Shown here: positions 43,803 to 52,810 of the stretch, in pieces | Layout of the letters: every line of letters begins with the position of its first letter | Position numbering within the stretch: the first letter of the stretch is position 1 | From: a virus | Taxonomy: Duplodnaviria > Caudoviricetes | DNA length: 55,206 nucleotides | Direction: 5' to 3' (one strand) | Virus record (IMG/VR): IMGVR_UViG_3300037478_000238 | Coordinates: 1 to 55,206 of that record | Program-made: the position numbers and the translations under genes | The notes under the pieces: generated by a model | Seen by the model: only the letters and a program-made list of their open reading frames with translations | Databases searched by the model: none | Told to the model about the DNA's origin: nothing

Positions 43803-44516
43803 CTAACCCTTCCAGGAAATGCCCATGTGACGCCAGGTTACGGGTCCCACGATCCCGTCTACCGTGATGCCCCGGATGCGCTGATACCAACGCACCCCGG
43901 CCACGGTCTGCTGGCCGTAGATGCCATCCACCGGCCCGGCACGCCGGGTGCCGACCCACCGCTGCACATGCTTGACATCAGGCCCACGCATCAGGGGGCT
44001 GGCCAGGCGCAGCACCCGGGTCCCGGGCTGGTTCTTGGTCGGGGTTGGCGCAGGGGCAGGTGCCGGCTTGGGTGGGTTGAGCACGTTGCGGATGGTGGCG
44101 GTGGTCAGGTTCTTAGCCGCTGCCTGGGTCAGCTCCACGTGCAGGTGCCCGGTGTGCGGGTTGGACCCGACGTAGTTACGCCAGCCGGCGTGGGGAAAGT
44201 TGGCGGACCAGATCGTCCGGTCGAAGATGATCAGCTGGACACCCAGCTCCTTGCTGTTTAAACGCAGCTTCTCAGCAAGCGTCCAGCCCCAGGGTGGCCT
44301 GCTGTACGGGGCGGTACCCAGGTCGGCGGCCCGGCCCTCGGCGTGCAGGGACCATCCGGACCCGAGCCGTTCGCACAGGTAGATGCCCAGGTTGGCGGGC
44401 CGAGGGTCGGTCCGGTTGGCGTAGGCACCCAGGTAGTAGGCCATGAGCGCTTTAGCGCCGGGGGTGGGACCCTCTGAGCAGCCGGTGGCCCACTGGTAGG
44501 TGGTGTTGATGGCCAT
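43803..44516 (-). CDS. Endolysin: Zn-peptidase (M15-like) + peptidoglycan-binding domain
   Basis: SLHAEGRAAD, HTGHLHVE; GPDVK.VQ, VDGIYG..T, DGIVGPVTW. Confidence 0.85.
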   Translation of the reverse strand: MAINTTYQWATGCSEGPTPGAKALMAYYLGAYANRTDPRPANLGIYLCERLGSGWSLHAEGRAADLGTAPYSRPPWGWTLAEKLRLNSKELGVQLIIFDRTIWSANFPHAGWRNYVGSNPHTGHLHVELTQAAAKNLTTATIRNVLNPPKPAPAPAPTPTKNQPGTRVLRLASPLMRGPDVKHVQRWVGTRRAGPVDGIYGQQTVAGVRWYQRIRGITVDGIVGPVTWRHMGISWKG

Positions 44517-44517
44517 G

Positions 44518-44673
44518 TCAGTCGTCCCCTGGGTCGGTGGCCTGCGGGTCCGGTTCGACGTAGCTGGGGTCGTCTGCGGCGACCTCTTCCCGGTTCGGGT
44601 CGTCAATGCTCGGGTGGCCGATCAGGTCACCGGTGTCCTTCGGGTTTGTCGGTGGTCCAACCTGGGTTTGCAT
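44518..44673 (-). CDS. Acidic Pro/Asp-rich peptide (51 aa)
   Basis: AAAGGAGGT RBS; MQTQVGPPTNPKDTGD...DPGDD; below the ORF-track cutoff. Confidence 0.65.
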   Translation of the reverse strand: MQTQVGPPTNPKDTGDLIGHPSIDDPNREEVAADDPSYVEPDPQATDPGDD

Positions 44674-44709
44674 TGCACCTCCTTTCAGGGAAAGGTACCA
44701 GATTCGGGT

Positions 44710-44759
44710 ACTAAAGTAGGCCGGTAGGTGTGTTGAGCATCTACCGGCCTACTTTTAGT
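44710..44759. terminator. Intrinsic terminator, probably bidirectional
   Basis: AAAGTAGGCCGGTAGGTG/CATCTACCGGCCTACTTT. Confidence 0.75.
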
Positions 44760-44763
44760 TACG

Positions 44764-45411
44764 TCACGAAGAAACGTTGACCTCGACGTTGTGATAAAAC
44801 AACAGGGACCGCAACATGTGCGACACTTCGTTCAGCTTCACCAATGCCCACATGATTCGGTCTTCCTTCCGTAGGGCACAGGTAGCGAGCCAGCCGGACT
44901 GGATCTGTCCATCTTCTTCTCGGTGAACAGCGAACATTCCATGAGTTGACGAGCTGAACAGCAGCCTCTGCCTGCGTTCCTGCTTTCCTGTCTCATTTTC
45001 CCGCATCTCGTTGAGCAGGAAGGTGAAACCGATGAACCCGGGACGGCTGACGATCTTCCGAAGCCATTCGGCTTCATCCTTGAAAACATCTTCAGTGATC
45101 AGGTCAACCATGGTCGCTAGTCCCACATACGGGTTGGCCACCACCAGTTCCGGTAGGTCTGACATGAGGTTCAGGGTGATGACTCCTGAAGCTGCCGACT
45201 CGTTGGCCTTGCTGATAGTTTCAGCTGGTAGGCGCTGAAGGGCTTCTGGATGTTCGTTTTCGTCAAACACCTCTGAATAGACCACGGCTAGCATGGCACC
45301 CGGCCGATCCCAGCCGTGGTCAGCGTGAGATCGTTCCTCCATTCGCGCAAGTGCTTCGGTCAGAACCGAATCACTGCTACAGATTTCGATACTTCCCCAA
45401 GTTTCTGGCAT
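44764..45411 (-). CDS. Hypothetical protein
   Basis: AAAGGGAG RBS, 215 aa. Confidence 0.7.
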   Translation of the reverse strand: MPETWGSIEICSSDSVLTEALARMEERSHADHGWDRPGAMLAVVYSEVFDENEHPEALQRLPAETISKANESAASGVITLNLMSDLPELVVANPYVGLATMVDLITEDVFKDEAEWLRKIVSRPGFIGFTFLLNEMRENETGKQERRQRLLFSSSTHGMFAVHREEDGQIQSGWLATCALRKEDRIMWALVKLNEVSHMLRSLLFYHNVEVNVSS

Positions 45412-45426
45412 AGCTCCCTTTCTTGA

Positions 45427-45558
45427 TTAGATCTGTGCTAATAGGTATCCGATTATGCCTCCGCATGTAGTGCACATTGCCATAAGTCCAAATAGGCCCA
45501 TGACAGCGGCTGCGGTGTACTTGCTCCGTTCGTTGTAGGGGTCATCTCCTGGGTCCAT
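45427..45558 (-). CDS. Small membrane peptide (43 aa)
   Basis: Fills the gap; hydrophobic C-terminal half. Confidence 0.45.
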   Translation of the reverse strand: MDPGDDPYNERSKYTAAAVMGLFGLMAMCTTCGGIIGYLLAQI

Positions 45559-45559
45559 A

Positions 45560-45865
45560 CTACCCCTGCCCTCCCAACTTGTCACCCCTGGGGAAGACTC
45601 GCTCCAGTAGCCCCATCATTGCCAGGACCTGCGCCAAAGCCTGCACCTGTTCACTTTCCGGCAGCCGCATAGCGGCCCTCGCCAGCCCTCGTTGACAGGT
45701 TAGTTTCTGACTGGGCAGGGGCTTACCGAACGAACCTAGTTGATGAACCTTACCCCCGGTGCCGACCCCGACACTAGAGCTACGTGACGAGATCATCGCT
45801 GCGTCTACATGACTCGTACTAGACGTATGCACCCACTTACTTCCCTTGTGATCGATCGTTTTCAT
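45560..45865 (-). CDS. Hypothetical protein
   Basis: ATGA overlap with the resolvase. Confidence 0.55.
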   Translation of the reverse strand: MKTIDHKGSKWVHTSSTSHVDAAMISSRSSSVGVGTGGKVHQLGSFGKPLPSQKLTCQRGLARAAMRLPESEQVQALAQVLAMMGLLERVFPRGDKLGGQG

Positions 45866-46422
45866 CGTTCACTCCCGTATCCGGCACAAATTACTAGATC
45901 GTTTAAACGGGCCAAGGTGCTGACCACGTATTCGTAGCGCTGGTCCTTTATGCCCTTCGGCTTGATGATGATCGCTTGGCTGTGGTGGTTGTACAGATGC
46001 TCCTTCATCATCTGGGACAGGTTGCTGATCTTCGCCCCCGACAGAGGGAATGTTGGGCAAGGCACCCCAGGACATAGACCATTGGTTGCTGCCAAACGCA
46101 GCAAATCAAAATGCCCCCGGTACATGGCCGCCCACCACTGGTCGGTACGGGTGGCACCCATCCGCACCGGCTTGATCACCAGGATGCCGAAGTCGGACCT
46201 GGATGCCACCCGTTCCCGTTCAGTTTCCCGCAGCCACCCGGCCAGGGCCAGGGTCTTAGCTGCTTTTACTTCCCAGCACACACCAGGGGTTCCGGTGATG
46301 TCACCCCAGTCTTCGCTCCCCCGCAGGGAACGACGCTCAGCGTGCGGATGGCCATGTTCGCGTAGATACCGCACCACTGCTGTTTCGGCGTTAGTCCCCT
46401 TGACTCGGGGCTTGTTCACCAT
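45862..46422 (-). CDS. Holliday junction resolvase (PD-(D/E)XK)
   Basis: KGT.AE..V..YL...G, ERR.L.G..D.GDI.G, EVK. Confidence 0.82.
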   Translation of the reverse strand: MVNKPRVKGTNAETAVVRYLREHGHPHAERRSLRGSEDWGDITGTPGVCWEVKAAKTLALAGWLRETERERVASRSDFGILVIKPVRMGATRTDQWWAAMYRGHFDLLRLAATNGLCPGVPCPTFPLSGAKISNLSQMMKEHLYNHHSQAIIIKPKGIKDQRYEYVVSTLARLNDLVICAGYGSER

Positions 46423-46693
46423 CTTCCAGCCCCTTCAACTGAAGCTTGATCACAATCCGTTCGGCCACATGCCAGTAAGCCGCAAGCCGTGCCTGACGGC
46501 GGTCGCGGATACTGTGCATATTGAATAACGCACCACTCCAATCTTCACAGGTGCATTTCCATCGATAACTACTAAACCCACTCTGACCCGGGTCGTACGT
46601 GTCCACCACCCGATGCTCGGCAAGCACCTGGGCAATCGCAGACTCCGGCAAGTGTTCGGTTTCCGTTTCAGCCACAGTCACGCAACACTCCAT
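46391..46693 (-). CDS. Hypothetical protein
   Basis: TGATG overlap; W.C.C..W. Confidence 0.55.
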   Translation of the reverse strand: MECCVTVAETETEHLPESAIAQVLAEHRVVDTYDPGQSGFSSYRWKCTCEDWSGALFNMHSIRDRRQARLAAYWHVAERIVIKLQLKGLEDGEQAPSQGD

Positions 46694-47055
46694 CAGACAT
46701 CCTTCGGTCGCCACTGCCGGGACTGATACTGGCTGTACAGGTTGGGATGGGCTTCCTTGAACGCCTCCACATCGAAGAAGTCCACCAGCCGTGGCCGGGT
46801 GAACTCCTTGTACAGGACCGGGTTGTCGTCGGCGAACTGGGTGGTGCGGAACCGGTCGATCGGCTGGTAGGTGACCACCACTTCTCCGAAGATGGTCGCG
46901 GCGACAGCGTCACCGACCTCGTTGCGCAGTTCGGTCTCCAGCCTCTTGAGTCGCCTACCCAGGTCGGCGTAGTTGGCGGCCATTTCCCGGTACTGCAACC
47001 ACTTCCCGGACACGTGGTCGATGGGCTTGGGGCGGACCGCGATTTCGTTACTCAT
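46693..47055 (-). CDS. Hypothetical protein resembling the YqaJ C-terminal region
   Basis: Coiled coil, then duplicated F...F....P.LY motif. Confidence 0.55.
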   Translation of the reverse strand: MSNEIAVRPKPIDHVSGKWLQYREMAANYADLGRRLKRLETELRNEVGDAVAATIFGEVVVTYQPIDRFRTTQFADDNPVLYKEFTRPRLVDFFDVEAFKEAHPNLYSQYQSRQWRPKDV

Positions 47056-47353
47056 CCTTGCCCTCCTTGCTCTCAGGGTCTTGCACATCTTGCTGGTCGG
47101 CGTCTGAGGTGTCACCGAGTAGACCACTGGCCGGGTCGACGGGTTGCTGACTGTCGGCCGGCTGCTCGGGTAGCTTTACCAGTTCTTCGCCTACGGCCAG
47201 CATCCGTGGAAGCTGGAGCTGGTCGTAGGCGGTGGCGGCCACCGGTTCAGCATCCTGAGACGGTTCTTTCAGGTAGGCACGTAGTTCTTCTAGCACTGGA
47301 ACCGGTTTCTGCGGGTCGAACCCGTATTCGTCGATAGTCTCATCGTAGATCAT
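47048..47353 (-). CDS. Hypothetical acidic protein
   Basis: GAGGA RBS; TAATG overlap. Confidence 0.55.
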   Translation of the reverse strand: MIYDETIDEYGFDPQKPVPVLEELRAYLKEPSQDAEPVAATAYDQLQLPRMLAVGEELVKLPEQPADSQQPVDPASGLLGDTSDADQQDVQDPESKEGKDE

Positions 47354-47502
47354 TAGCACTTCCTCAGATTTTGTGAGCCGGGACGGTGGTAGTCCATTGC
47401 CTCGATCCGCTTGGTCCCGGGACGGCTCAAGCTGCCAGGTAGCGCTTCCCATGAGTCCTGCCGCCTCTTGAGGCGGGCTGCGATCTTCTTCGACTTCTTC
47501 AC
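47353..47502 (-). CDS. Small basic protein (49 aa)
   Basis: GTG after GAGG; MKKSKKIAARLKRR...HRPGSQN. Confidence 0.55.
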   Translation of the reverse strand: MKKSKKIAARLKRRQDSWEALPGSLSRPGTKRIEAMDYHRPGSQNLRKC

Positions 47503-47777
47503 AGGTTCCTCTCTCCTCTGCGTATGGTTCCCACCGGGAACCCGTGGGAACGTTCCGCCGCTAGCTCTGGGTCACCGAACTCCCCAACGGAGCCTCCTCT
47601 GCCGCAGGTTTGGCATTCCCAGTAATGCCGATTCTTGACAGTGGAGTATTGGACGTAATGTGCCTCTCTTTCTGGCATGTTCCCTCCTTCCCAATGCTGG
47701 CAGTCGCACCATGAATAGCTTCCGTTGATGGTGGCGCACTGCTGGTGTTCCTGTTCACGGCAATGCTTGCAGATCAT
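47499..47777 (-). CDS. Cys-rich zinc-binding protein
   Basis: CKHC, CDC.H, CQTC. Confidence 0.55.
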   Translation of the reverse strand: MICKHCREQEHQQCATINGSYSWCDCQHWEGGNMPEREAHYVQYSTVKNRHYWECQTCGRGGSVGEFGDPELAAERSHGFPVGTIRRGERNL

Positions 47778-48064
47778 GGCTTCTCCAGCCCGGGGAGTGG
47801 TTCCTCCCCTTCGAACTGTGGGGCTAGGTAGGGTTCCTTCTTGAGCCGCTTAATCAGATCCTGAAGGTACTTGATGGCGTCGTTGCGGTCCCCCGTGAAC
47901 AGGCCCCAGCCCTCCCATGTGTCATCCCAGCTGTTGTGCTCGCCGGGCTTCTGCTTGTCCACGTAAACTCTGTACATCAAGGCCCCGCATTCTTGACCAC
48001 GATCACGATCAGTACAGCGAACAAGCATGCGGCCACGAAGATAAAAGGCCACCTCTCGTACCAT
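47774..48064 (-). CDS. Hypothetical protein
   Basis: Tiles the operon. Confidence 0.55.
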   Translation of the reverse strand: MVREVAFYLRGRMLVRCTDRDRGQECGALMYRVYVDKQKPGEHNSWDDTWEGWGLFTGDRNDAIKYLQDLIKRLKKEPYLAPQFEGEEPLPGLEKP

Positions 48065-48071
48065 CGATACT

Positions 48072-48287
48072 TCATGGCCACACCGCCACGATACGGCCGT
48101 TGTATCCGGCGGCGTGCCGTCCAGTGTGTTTGGTTAGCCGTGTACAGACAAACCCTCCGGGCCAGTATCTACCGTGAAACTGTAAACAATATTGCCCTTT
48201 GGGCTGGGTTGAGAGCAGGTTGGGCGGCAGAACTGAATCCCGTATTTTCGGGTCAATGTCATGGATAGACCATTCCTGAACGATCAT
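48072..48287 (-). CDS. Hypothetical protein
   Basis: C...H....C....H.G.H.A motif; ATGA overlap. Confidence 0.5.
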   Translation of the reverse strand: MIVQEWSIHDIDPKIRDSVLPPNLLSTQPKGQYCLQFHGRYWPGGFVCTRLTKHTGRHAAGYNGRIVAVWP

Positions 48288-48748
48288 GGCAGCACTATGC
48301 CCGCTGGTCGGCTCAGGCTCACCTGGGCGTGGGCGGCAACCTTATGCCATAGCTGCGGGTTGCGGCACCCAATCCGGGTTCTCGGGAAGGGCCACCACCC
48401 GGGCGCCGCCTTGCGTACGGTGTAGTAGTGGTGCCTGCCTAGTGATAATGGGTCGGGGCTTTCCTCAGCCCTGGTCGGGTTTTTCCCACAGGGGCGGTGG
48501 TTGCGTCGCCAGTCCAGGCAGTGAGTACCGCCGCAACCGCCTCGCCTGACCGGGCACCGGGCGCGCTCCTTGCGTCGTTCCTGACTCATCAGGGACAGCT
48601 CACTGGTAGGTGCTGTGTCCCAGCCGGGGTGCTGATCCGACCGTTCGGCCCGAACCTCCTGGAATACCAGGATGGCGGCAGCCAGGGCGGCACCCAGGAT
48701 GACAGCGAGTACGACGAAGAAGATGATGGATGCTCCAGTGGGTATCAC
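48284..48748 (-). CDS. Membrane protein
   Basis: GTG after GGAGGG; N-terminal TM. Confidence 0.5.
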   Translation of the reverse strand: MIPTGASIIFFVVLAVILGAALAAAILVFQEVRAERSDQHPGWDTAPTSELSLMSQERRKERARCPVRRGGCGGTHCLDWRRNHRPCGKNPTRAEESPDPLSLGRHHYYTVRKAAPGWWPFPRTRIGCRNPQLWHKVAAHAQVSLSRPAGIVLP

Positions 48749-48809
48749 ATTGCCCTCCAAATGATCAGTCCACCTAGGATGATGAACATGATAATGAAAA
48801 CAACCCAGG

Positions 48810-49124
48810 TTACTCGGACGTTGGGCACGGTGCCGATCCGCCACGCCGGGCCAGCTCCATCAAATACATGGCAGCGTTGATCAAAGCGAACCGACCATAC
48901 ATCTGCTCCTCGTCAATCACGTCCCGCACTTCATTCTCCCGGAGGAAAGTAAAGTGCAGGGTTCGCTTGCGCATATGCGGGCGGTCTGCCACGTACGCCT
49001 TACGCATCTCATAGAACTGGTAGTGACGCTCGCGGTGAAGCCGGTAATACTGCACCGCCAACAGGTGCAGTTGCTCCAGATCCAGTTCGTGGTACGTCTG
49101 ATCGTACTGAGTCGCGGTAGTCAT
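48810..49124 (-). CDS. Hypothetical protein
   Basis: GGAGG RBS. Confidence 0.6.
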   Translation of the reverse strand: MTTATQYDQTYHELDLEQLHLLAVQYYRLHRERHYQFYEMRKAYVADRPHMRKRTLHFTFLRENEVRDVIDEEQMYGRFALINAAMYLMELARRGGSAPCPTSE

Positions 49125-49225
49125 CCAGCACCTCCCTCACATTCCTTACATCAATATCGGTTGCCCGGCCCAACCGGGTCAGCAGCCGTAACTGGTCGGT
49201 CGCCCGGACTAATTCACACGCCGCC

Positions 49226-49537
49226 CTAAGCCGGCGGTTTCTTCGCACGTTCACCCACCTCCTTCGCGGCCAGGTCCCGGATCAGGGCTACCACCCCAGC
49301 CTGTGCAGCTAACGCCGTCACACTGTTCGACCCATACCAGCGAACAATGTCAGTGATCGACATGTTCTCCAGCTTGTCAGCGACACCAAACAGGGCCTCT
49401 GAGCGGGTCTTCGCTGCCATGGCACCGGTGAACAGGTGGTTCCAGTAGTCCAGGTACTCGAAAAGGTCCCTGCCCAGGCGCCGAGCCTGTTCGGCTCGAC
49501 GCCTGAGCAAACGGTGTTCAGCGGGAGACATCATCAT
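49226..49537 (-). CDS. Hypothetical protein
   Basis: Coding-like composition; start uncertain. Confidence 0.5.
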   Translation of the reverse strand: MMMSPAEHRLLRRRAEQARRLGRDLFEYLDYWNHLFTGAMAAKTRSEALFGVADKLENMSITDIVRWYGSNSVTALAAQAGVVALIRDLAAKEVGERAKKPPA

Positions 49538-49658
49538 TGCTCTTGTGGTTACACCTGTAGGTAACGAAGGTTGGTGGACCACCAAGCGCCCAGGCTAACG
49601 CTATAGCCACTGCGATCGTTGCAACTACCTCAGGCCAGCCCATTGTCCCCGCTTTCCC

Positions 49659-50513
49659 TTAGTTGACTGTAGGCATGTTGTTCCTGCGCCAACCGCCCCT
49701 CGGGGTCATCAGCCGCTGGACGCTGGCTCCCTCCCGGGTAAGGTTCCAGGACAGGATGGTGAACCGGAAAGCGTCGTCGGGGCTCATTGACCTACCTTCC
49801 AGCTCCCGGGTACGCAGCAGCCGGTTACGCAGAGCCAGCACCGGTTCGCCATCGTGCAGGTCCAGGCCGAAGATCAGCTTGTTGAAGAAGCTGTCGGCCA
49901 GTGGCTTGTCCTTCTCTGCGCACAGGAAGTAGGCAGCTCCGAGGATCGCCGGAGACACCGGCAGTTTACGGCCTCCCACGTAGCTCTTCTGGGCCACGTC
50001 CACCGCAGCGGTCAAAGCATCCGGGTGCTTGTTGATGAAAGTGGTGCTTTCGCTGATGGTGGGGTAGTAGTCCCCACCTTCGGTCCCGCGCCCGTGGAAA
50101 TAGGTCAGGACGCGTCGGACGATCGCCCCCAGGGTGCGTCCCTTGATGTGGCCACCGAACAAGAGCAGGTCTCCCAGGGTGCGGGCAGAGCCGGTGTCGA
50201 TGACCGAGTGGGCTTCCATGGGAACGTTGATGATGGCGAACAGCTGTGGGGTGCCGGACTGCACCACGGCGGTGAGTCGGTGCTGTCCGTCGATGAGCCG
50301 CCCGGTTTCACGGTCGAAGCGGATCGGATCGCCGGTGAAGTACCAAAACCCACCCTGCATGTCCCGCACCATGGCGGCGACACGGGTCCTTTCCCGTAGG
50401 GTGCGCTCGTTGTCGAAGCGGGTGTCCAGCCACTTCTGGGCCATCTCCGGGTCAACTTCGACCACGGGGATTGAGTCTAGAGCTTCTACGGTCTTGCTGA
50501 ACTTACTACGCAC
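49659..50513 (-). CDS. ParB/Srx-like (DGQHR) protein
   Basis: A..WL, N.R, M..G.W, I.F...G.LIDGQHRL.A, ID.G..R. Confidence 0.8.
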   Translation of the reverse strand: MRSKFSKTVEALDSIPVVEVDPEMAQKWLDTRFDNERTLRERTRVAAMVRDMQGGFWYFTGDPIRFDRETGRLIDGQHRLTAVVQSGTPQLFAIINVPMEAHSVIDTGSARTLGDLLLFGGHIKGRTLGAIVRRVLTYFHGRGTEGGDYYPTISESTTFINKHPDALTAAVDVAQKSYVGGRKLPVSPAILGAAYFLCAEKDKPLADSFFNKLIFGLDLHDGEPVLALRNRLLRTRELEGRSMSPDDAFRFTILSWNLTREGASVQRLMTPRGGWRRNNMPTVN

Positions 50514-50593
50514 GTTGTCTCCCTTCCTTGTGTCTGCGTACCTGGTGATGGCCCACGGCCTGTGGTCTATGGGCCACCCCCAGGGATGTTGCT

Positions 50594-50622
50594 ACCGTAC
50601 ACCCCCTCCCTGGGGTTGTCAA
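50594..50622 (-). promoter_or_regulatory. Sigma70-type promoter for the ParB-like operon
   Basis: TTGACA-N17-TACGGT; contains GGGAGGGGGT, as do the TIR promoters. Confidence 0.7.
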
Positions 50623-50634
50623 GGACTAGCCCCT

Positions 50635-50808
50635 CTACGTTTCCCAAAAAGTCAGAACAGCGACTACGACCAGGAAGTTCACCACGCAGACAGCGGCAGC
50701 GTCAGTCGCCCTGAGCGGCCTACGTGGCTTACCAACGTCCATGATCATCCCTATCGTGTTCAGGACCAGGGCCAGCACCAGAGCCCACTTGAACAGCTCT
50801 GCCACCAC
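50635..50808 (-). CDS. Small 2-TM protein (57 aa)
   Basis: GTG after AGGGG; two hydrophobic helices. Confidence 0.5.
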   Translation of the reverse strand: MVAELFKWALVLALVLNTIGMIMDVGKPRRPLRATDAAAVCVVNFLVVVAVLTFWET

Positions 50809-50813
50809 TGCCC

Positions 50814-51029
50814 CTAGCCGCCCCCCACGCCCGTTTGGCGTACGGTCACCTCGATCAGATCCGGGTTTCCGATCATGGCCAGTGCCTTCTTCTGCACGTA
50901 CAGAGTCCCCATGACCAGGATGCGGTCAGGATGAGTCACCTCCTCGAACTTGACTGTGTTCGTGGTCGAACGCTGCTTGACCAACAGCACCTTCAGGTGC
51001 TGTTGCTTGGCCTGTGGCTTATCCACCAT
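50814..51029 (-). CDS. Hypothetical protein
   Basis: GAGGAG RBS; T.NTVKFEE..GTLYVQK. Confidence 0.6.
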   Translation of the reverse strand: MVDKPQAKQQHLKVLLVKQRSTTNTVKFEEVTHPDRILVMGTLYVQKKALAMIGNPDLIEVTVRQTGVGGG

Positions 51030-51318
51030 AGGAACTCCTCTCTCCAATGAGGCGCATCACCGTCTGAGGTGACGCACCAACCAGTTCAGCCAACCGGCGG
51101 GTAGCTTCGGTCAGGCTCAGCCCTTCCTCTTCCACCAACTTGCTCCGGCCAGTGTCTGCCATGGCCCGGCGGACAGCTGCCAGTTCTGGCAGCAACGTAC
51201 TGCGTGCTTCATCGATGGCCAAGGTAGCTTCTCGTAGACCTTCCACCGGGTCGGACAGGTTACGCAGCCAGTGAACCAGGTCCATCATGTCAGGCTTCAT
51301 GCTTGTGCTCATCTGCAT
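51019..51318 (-). CDS. Helix-turn-helix DNA-binding protein
   Basis: ELAAVRR..., LAELVGASPQTV.RL. Confidence 0.6.
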   Translation of the reverse strand: MQMSTSMKPDMMDLVHWLRNLSDPVEGLREATLAIDEARSTLLPELAAVRRAMADTGRSKLVEEEGLSLTEATRRLAELVGASPQTVMRLIGERSSYGG

Positions 51319-51583
51319 CAACTTCCTTTTCTCCATATAGTTCCGTAGGGGACAGCCATGACATCCTGGTGGTATGCCACCAGCCTGGTTGGTACGGGCA
51401 TTCATATACCCGTACCCGTCGCCATCGCATGGCCTCAACTACATTATTTACCCCCTTTTCATCGAAGGCTCTTTTCTCGCAGTAACGACACCATCCAGTT
51501 AGGGGTATTACGTGACGTGGAGGTGGAACCCGGTTACGTTTACTCTTCTGTTGCCTGGTCCCCTTCTGCCGCTTCATTGTCAT
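51290..51583 (-). CDS. Hypothetical zinc-binding protein
   Basis: CRYCEKR.F, RVYECP...WWH.T. Confidence 0.55.
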   Translation of the reverse strand: MTMKRQKGTRQQKSKRNRVPPPRHVIPLTGWCRYCEKRAFDEKGVNNVVEAMRWRRVRVYECPYQPGWWHTTRMSWLSPTELYGEKEVDADEHKHEA

Positions 51584-51812
51584 CCTCTACATGAGAAGGG
51601 GCCTGTTCTGTGGGTTCGTCAGTATGGACGAAGTAGCCACCACTGACCCGGCCGTTCACCGCCCATTGGCAGGCGGTGCACTCTAGCCGGTACATGTCAT
51701 AGGCGACGACCTTGACCCCTACGCCGGCGAGCGAGAATGAACCAAACGGCTTGGAGACCAGTATCCGGTCCAGGGTCAGGGTCTGCTGACCGCAATTTGG
51801 GCAGTTTTTCAT
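51540..51812 (-). CDS. Zinc-ribbon protein
   Basis: CPNC...CTAC. Confidence 0.6.
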   Translation of the reverse strand: MKNCPNCGQQTLTLDRILVSKPFGSFSLAGVGVKVVAYDMYRLECTACQWAVNGRVSGGYFVHTDEPTEQAPSHVEDDNEAAEGDQATEE

Positions 51813-52000
51813 CAGAGAGCCTTTACAAAAGGACTAGAGTGCATCCAGTCGTCTCGCCCGGTCTCCGGGTCTTTGAACCGGAACGTCTCCGGACCGAACT
51901 CGCAGCTGTCACCCTGTTCGCACTCGCCGATCTCCAGCACTTCCACGATGAACGGGACCCCGGGCATCTGTACCTGGTCGCCCACATTGAACTTAGACAT
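51812..52000 (-). CDS. Small SH3-like hypothetical protein
   Basis: GGAGG RBS; KFNVGDQV. Confidence 0.6.
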   Translation of the reverse strand: MSKFNVGDQVQMPGVPFIVEVLEIGECEQGDSCEFGPETFRFKDPETGRDDWMHSSPFVKAL

Positions 52001-52001
52001 A

Positions 52002-52244
52002 TCAATCCTCCTCCAACCTTCGCTTGTCTTCTTCCAGAATCCGGTCGACGGCTGCCATCAGGTCACTCTCGACCGCTTCCTTGTCCTGCTGTAGCGCCGC
52101 CCAGTCCGCCTCGAACCCGGCCTGAAGGGCACGGTAGGCGGCTTCCCGGTCCAGCCCGGCCGGGGTGTGGAAGTATCCCAGCCGGATCATGTCGTAGATC
52201 CGGTTCACTGACCGCCACGGGGGCCTACTAGTCTGTCTTGGCAT
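52002..52244 (-). CDS. Hypothetical protein
   Basis: Tiles the operon; start uncertain. Confidence 0.5.
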   Translation of the reverse strand: MPRQTSRPPWRSVNRIYDMIRLGYFHTPAGLDREAAYRALQAGFEADWAALQQDKEAVESDLMAAVDRILEEDKRRLEED

Positions 52245-52482
52245 CAGACACCTCCTCATCTACGTGAAGATTCTTTTCGACGACCCAAACCGCGTCACCC
52301 TCATCTGTCAGACTGGCGTGGTACAGCCAGCCGTCAATGGGTTCCTCCTTCGCGTCGGGGTAGCGGGCAGCAACCCTCTGCGCGAAACCGATTGCCCACT
52401 GGGATGTCATGAAAACCTCACAGTCCGGATCGGTGTGCCGGTCCTGCATCACCACCACATATACCGGTTGCTGCTCAGGCAT
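52228..52482 (-). CDS. Hypothetical protein
   Basis: ATG after GGAAGG. Confidence 0.6.
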   Translation of the reverse strand: MPEQQPVYVVVMQDRHTDPDCEVFMTSQWAIGFAQRVAARYPDAKEEPIDGWLYHASLTDEGDAVWVVEKNLHVDEEVSDAKTD

Positions 52483-52486
52483 CAAA

Positions 52487-52810
52487 TCACCCTTCCTCGA
52501 CGAGTGCGGCCTTGGTCGACTCCAGCCGCCGGTGCAGTGTCTCGGATGGCTGCCTACCGGTCCGGTAGCAGGCCAACAGGTCCTCCAGGGCGGCGATCCG
52601 GCGCTGATACGGTATCCGGACCCGGGCGTCACGGGCAGGCAACGCCACTTCTTGTAGTTTCTGCCAAACATGCAGCAAATGGAGCCGGCCAAGGTCACCG
52701 GCGCCCATACCCCAGCCGCACAGGCAGGAGCCGGCATCGCGGCGCTGGTGGCCGATGAGCACCTTCACAGCATAAAAATCAGCTTCCGGGGTGTAACGAA
52801 CATCAGGCAT
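52487..52810 (-). CDS. Hypothetical protein
   Basis: GGAGG RBS; H.R....CLCGW. Confidence 0.6.
   Translation of the reverse strand: MPDVRYTPEADFYAVKVLIGHQRRDAGSCLCGWGMGAGDLGRLHLLHVWQKLQEVALPARDARVRIPYQRRIAALEDLLACYRTGRQPSETLHRRLESTKAALVEEG

Noticed and set aside
49659-50513. Complete parABS partition system
   Set aside because: No ParA ATPase found, and this ParB-like family is common in lytic phages, so a plasmid lifestyle is unproven.
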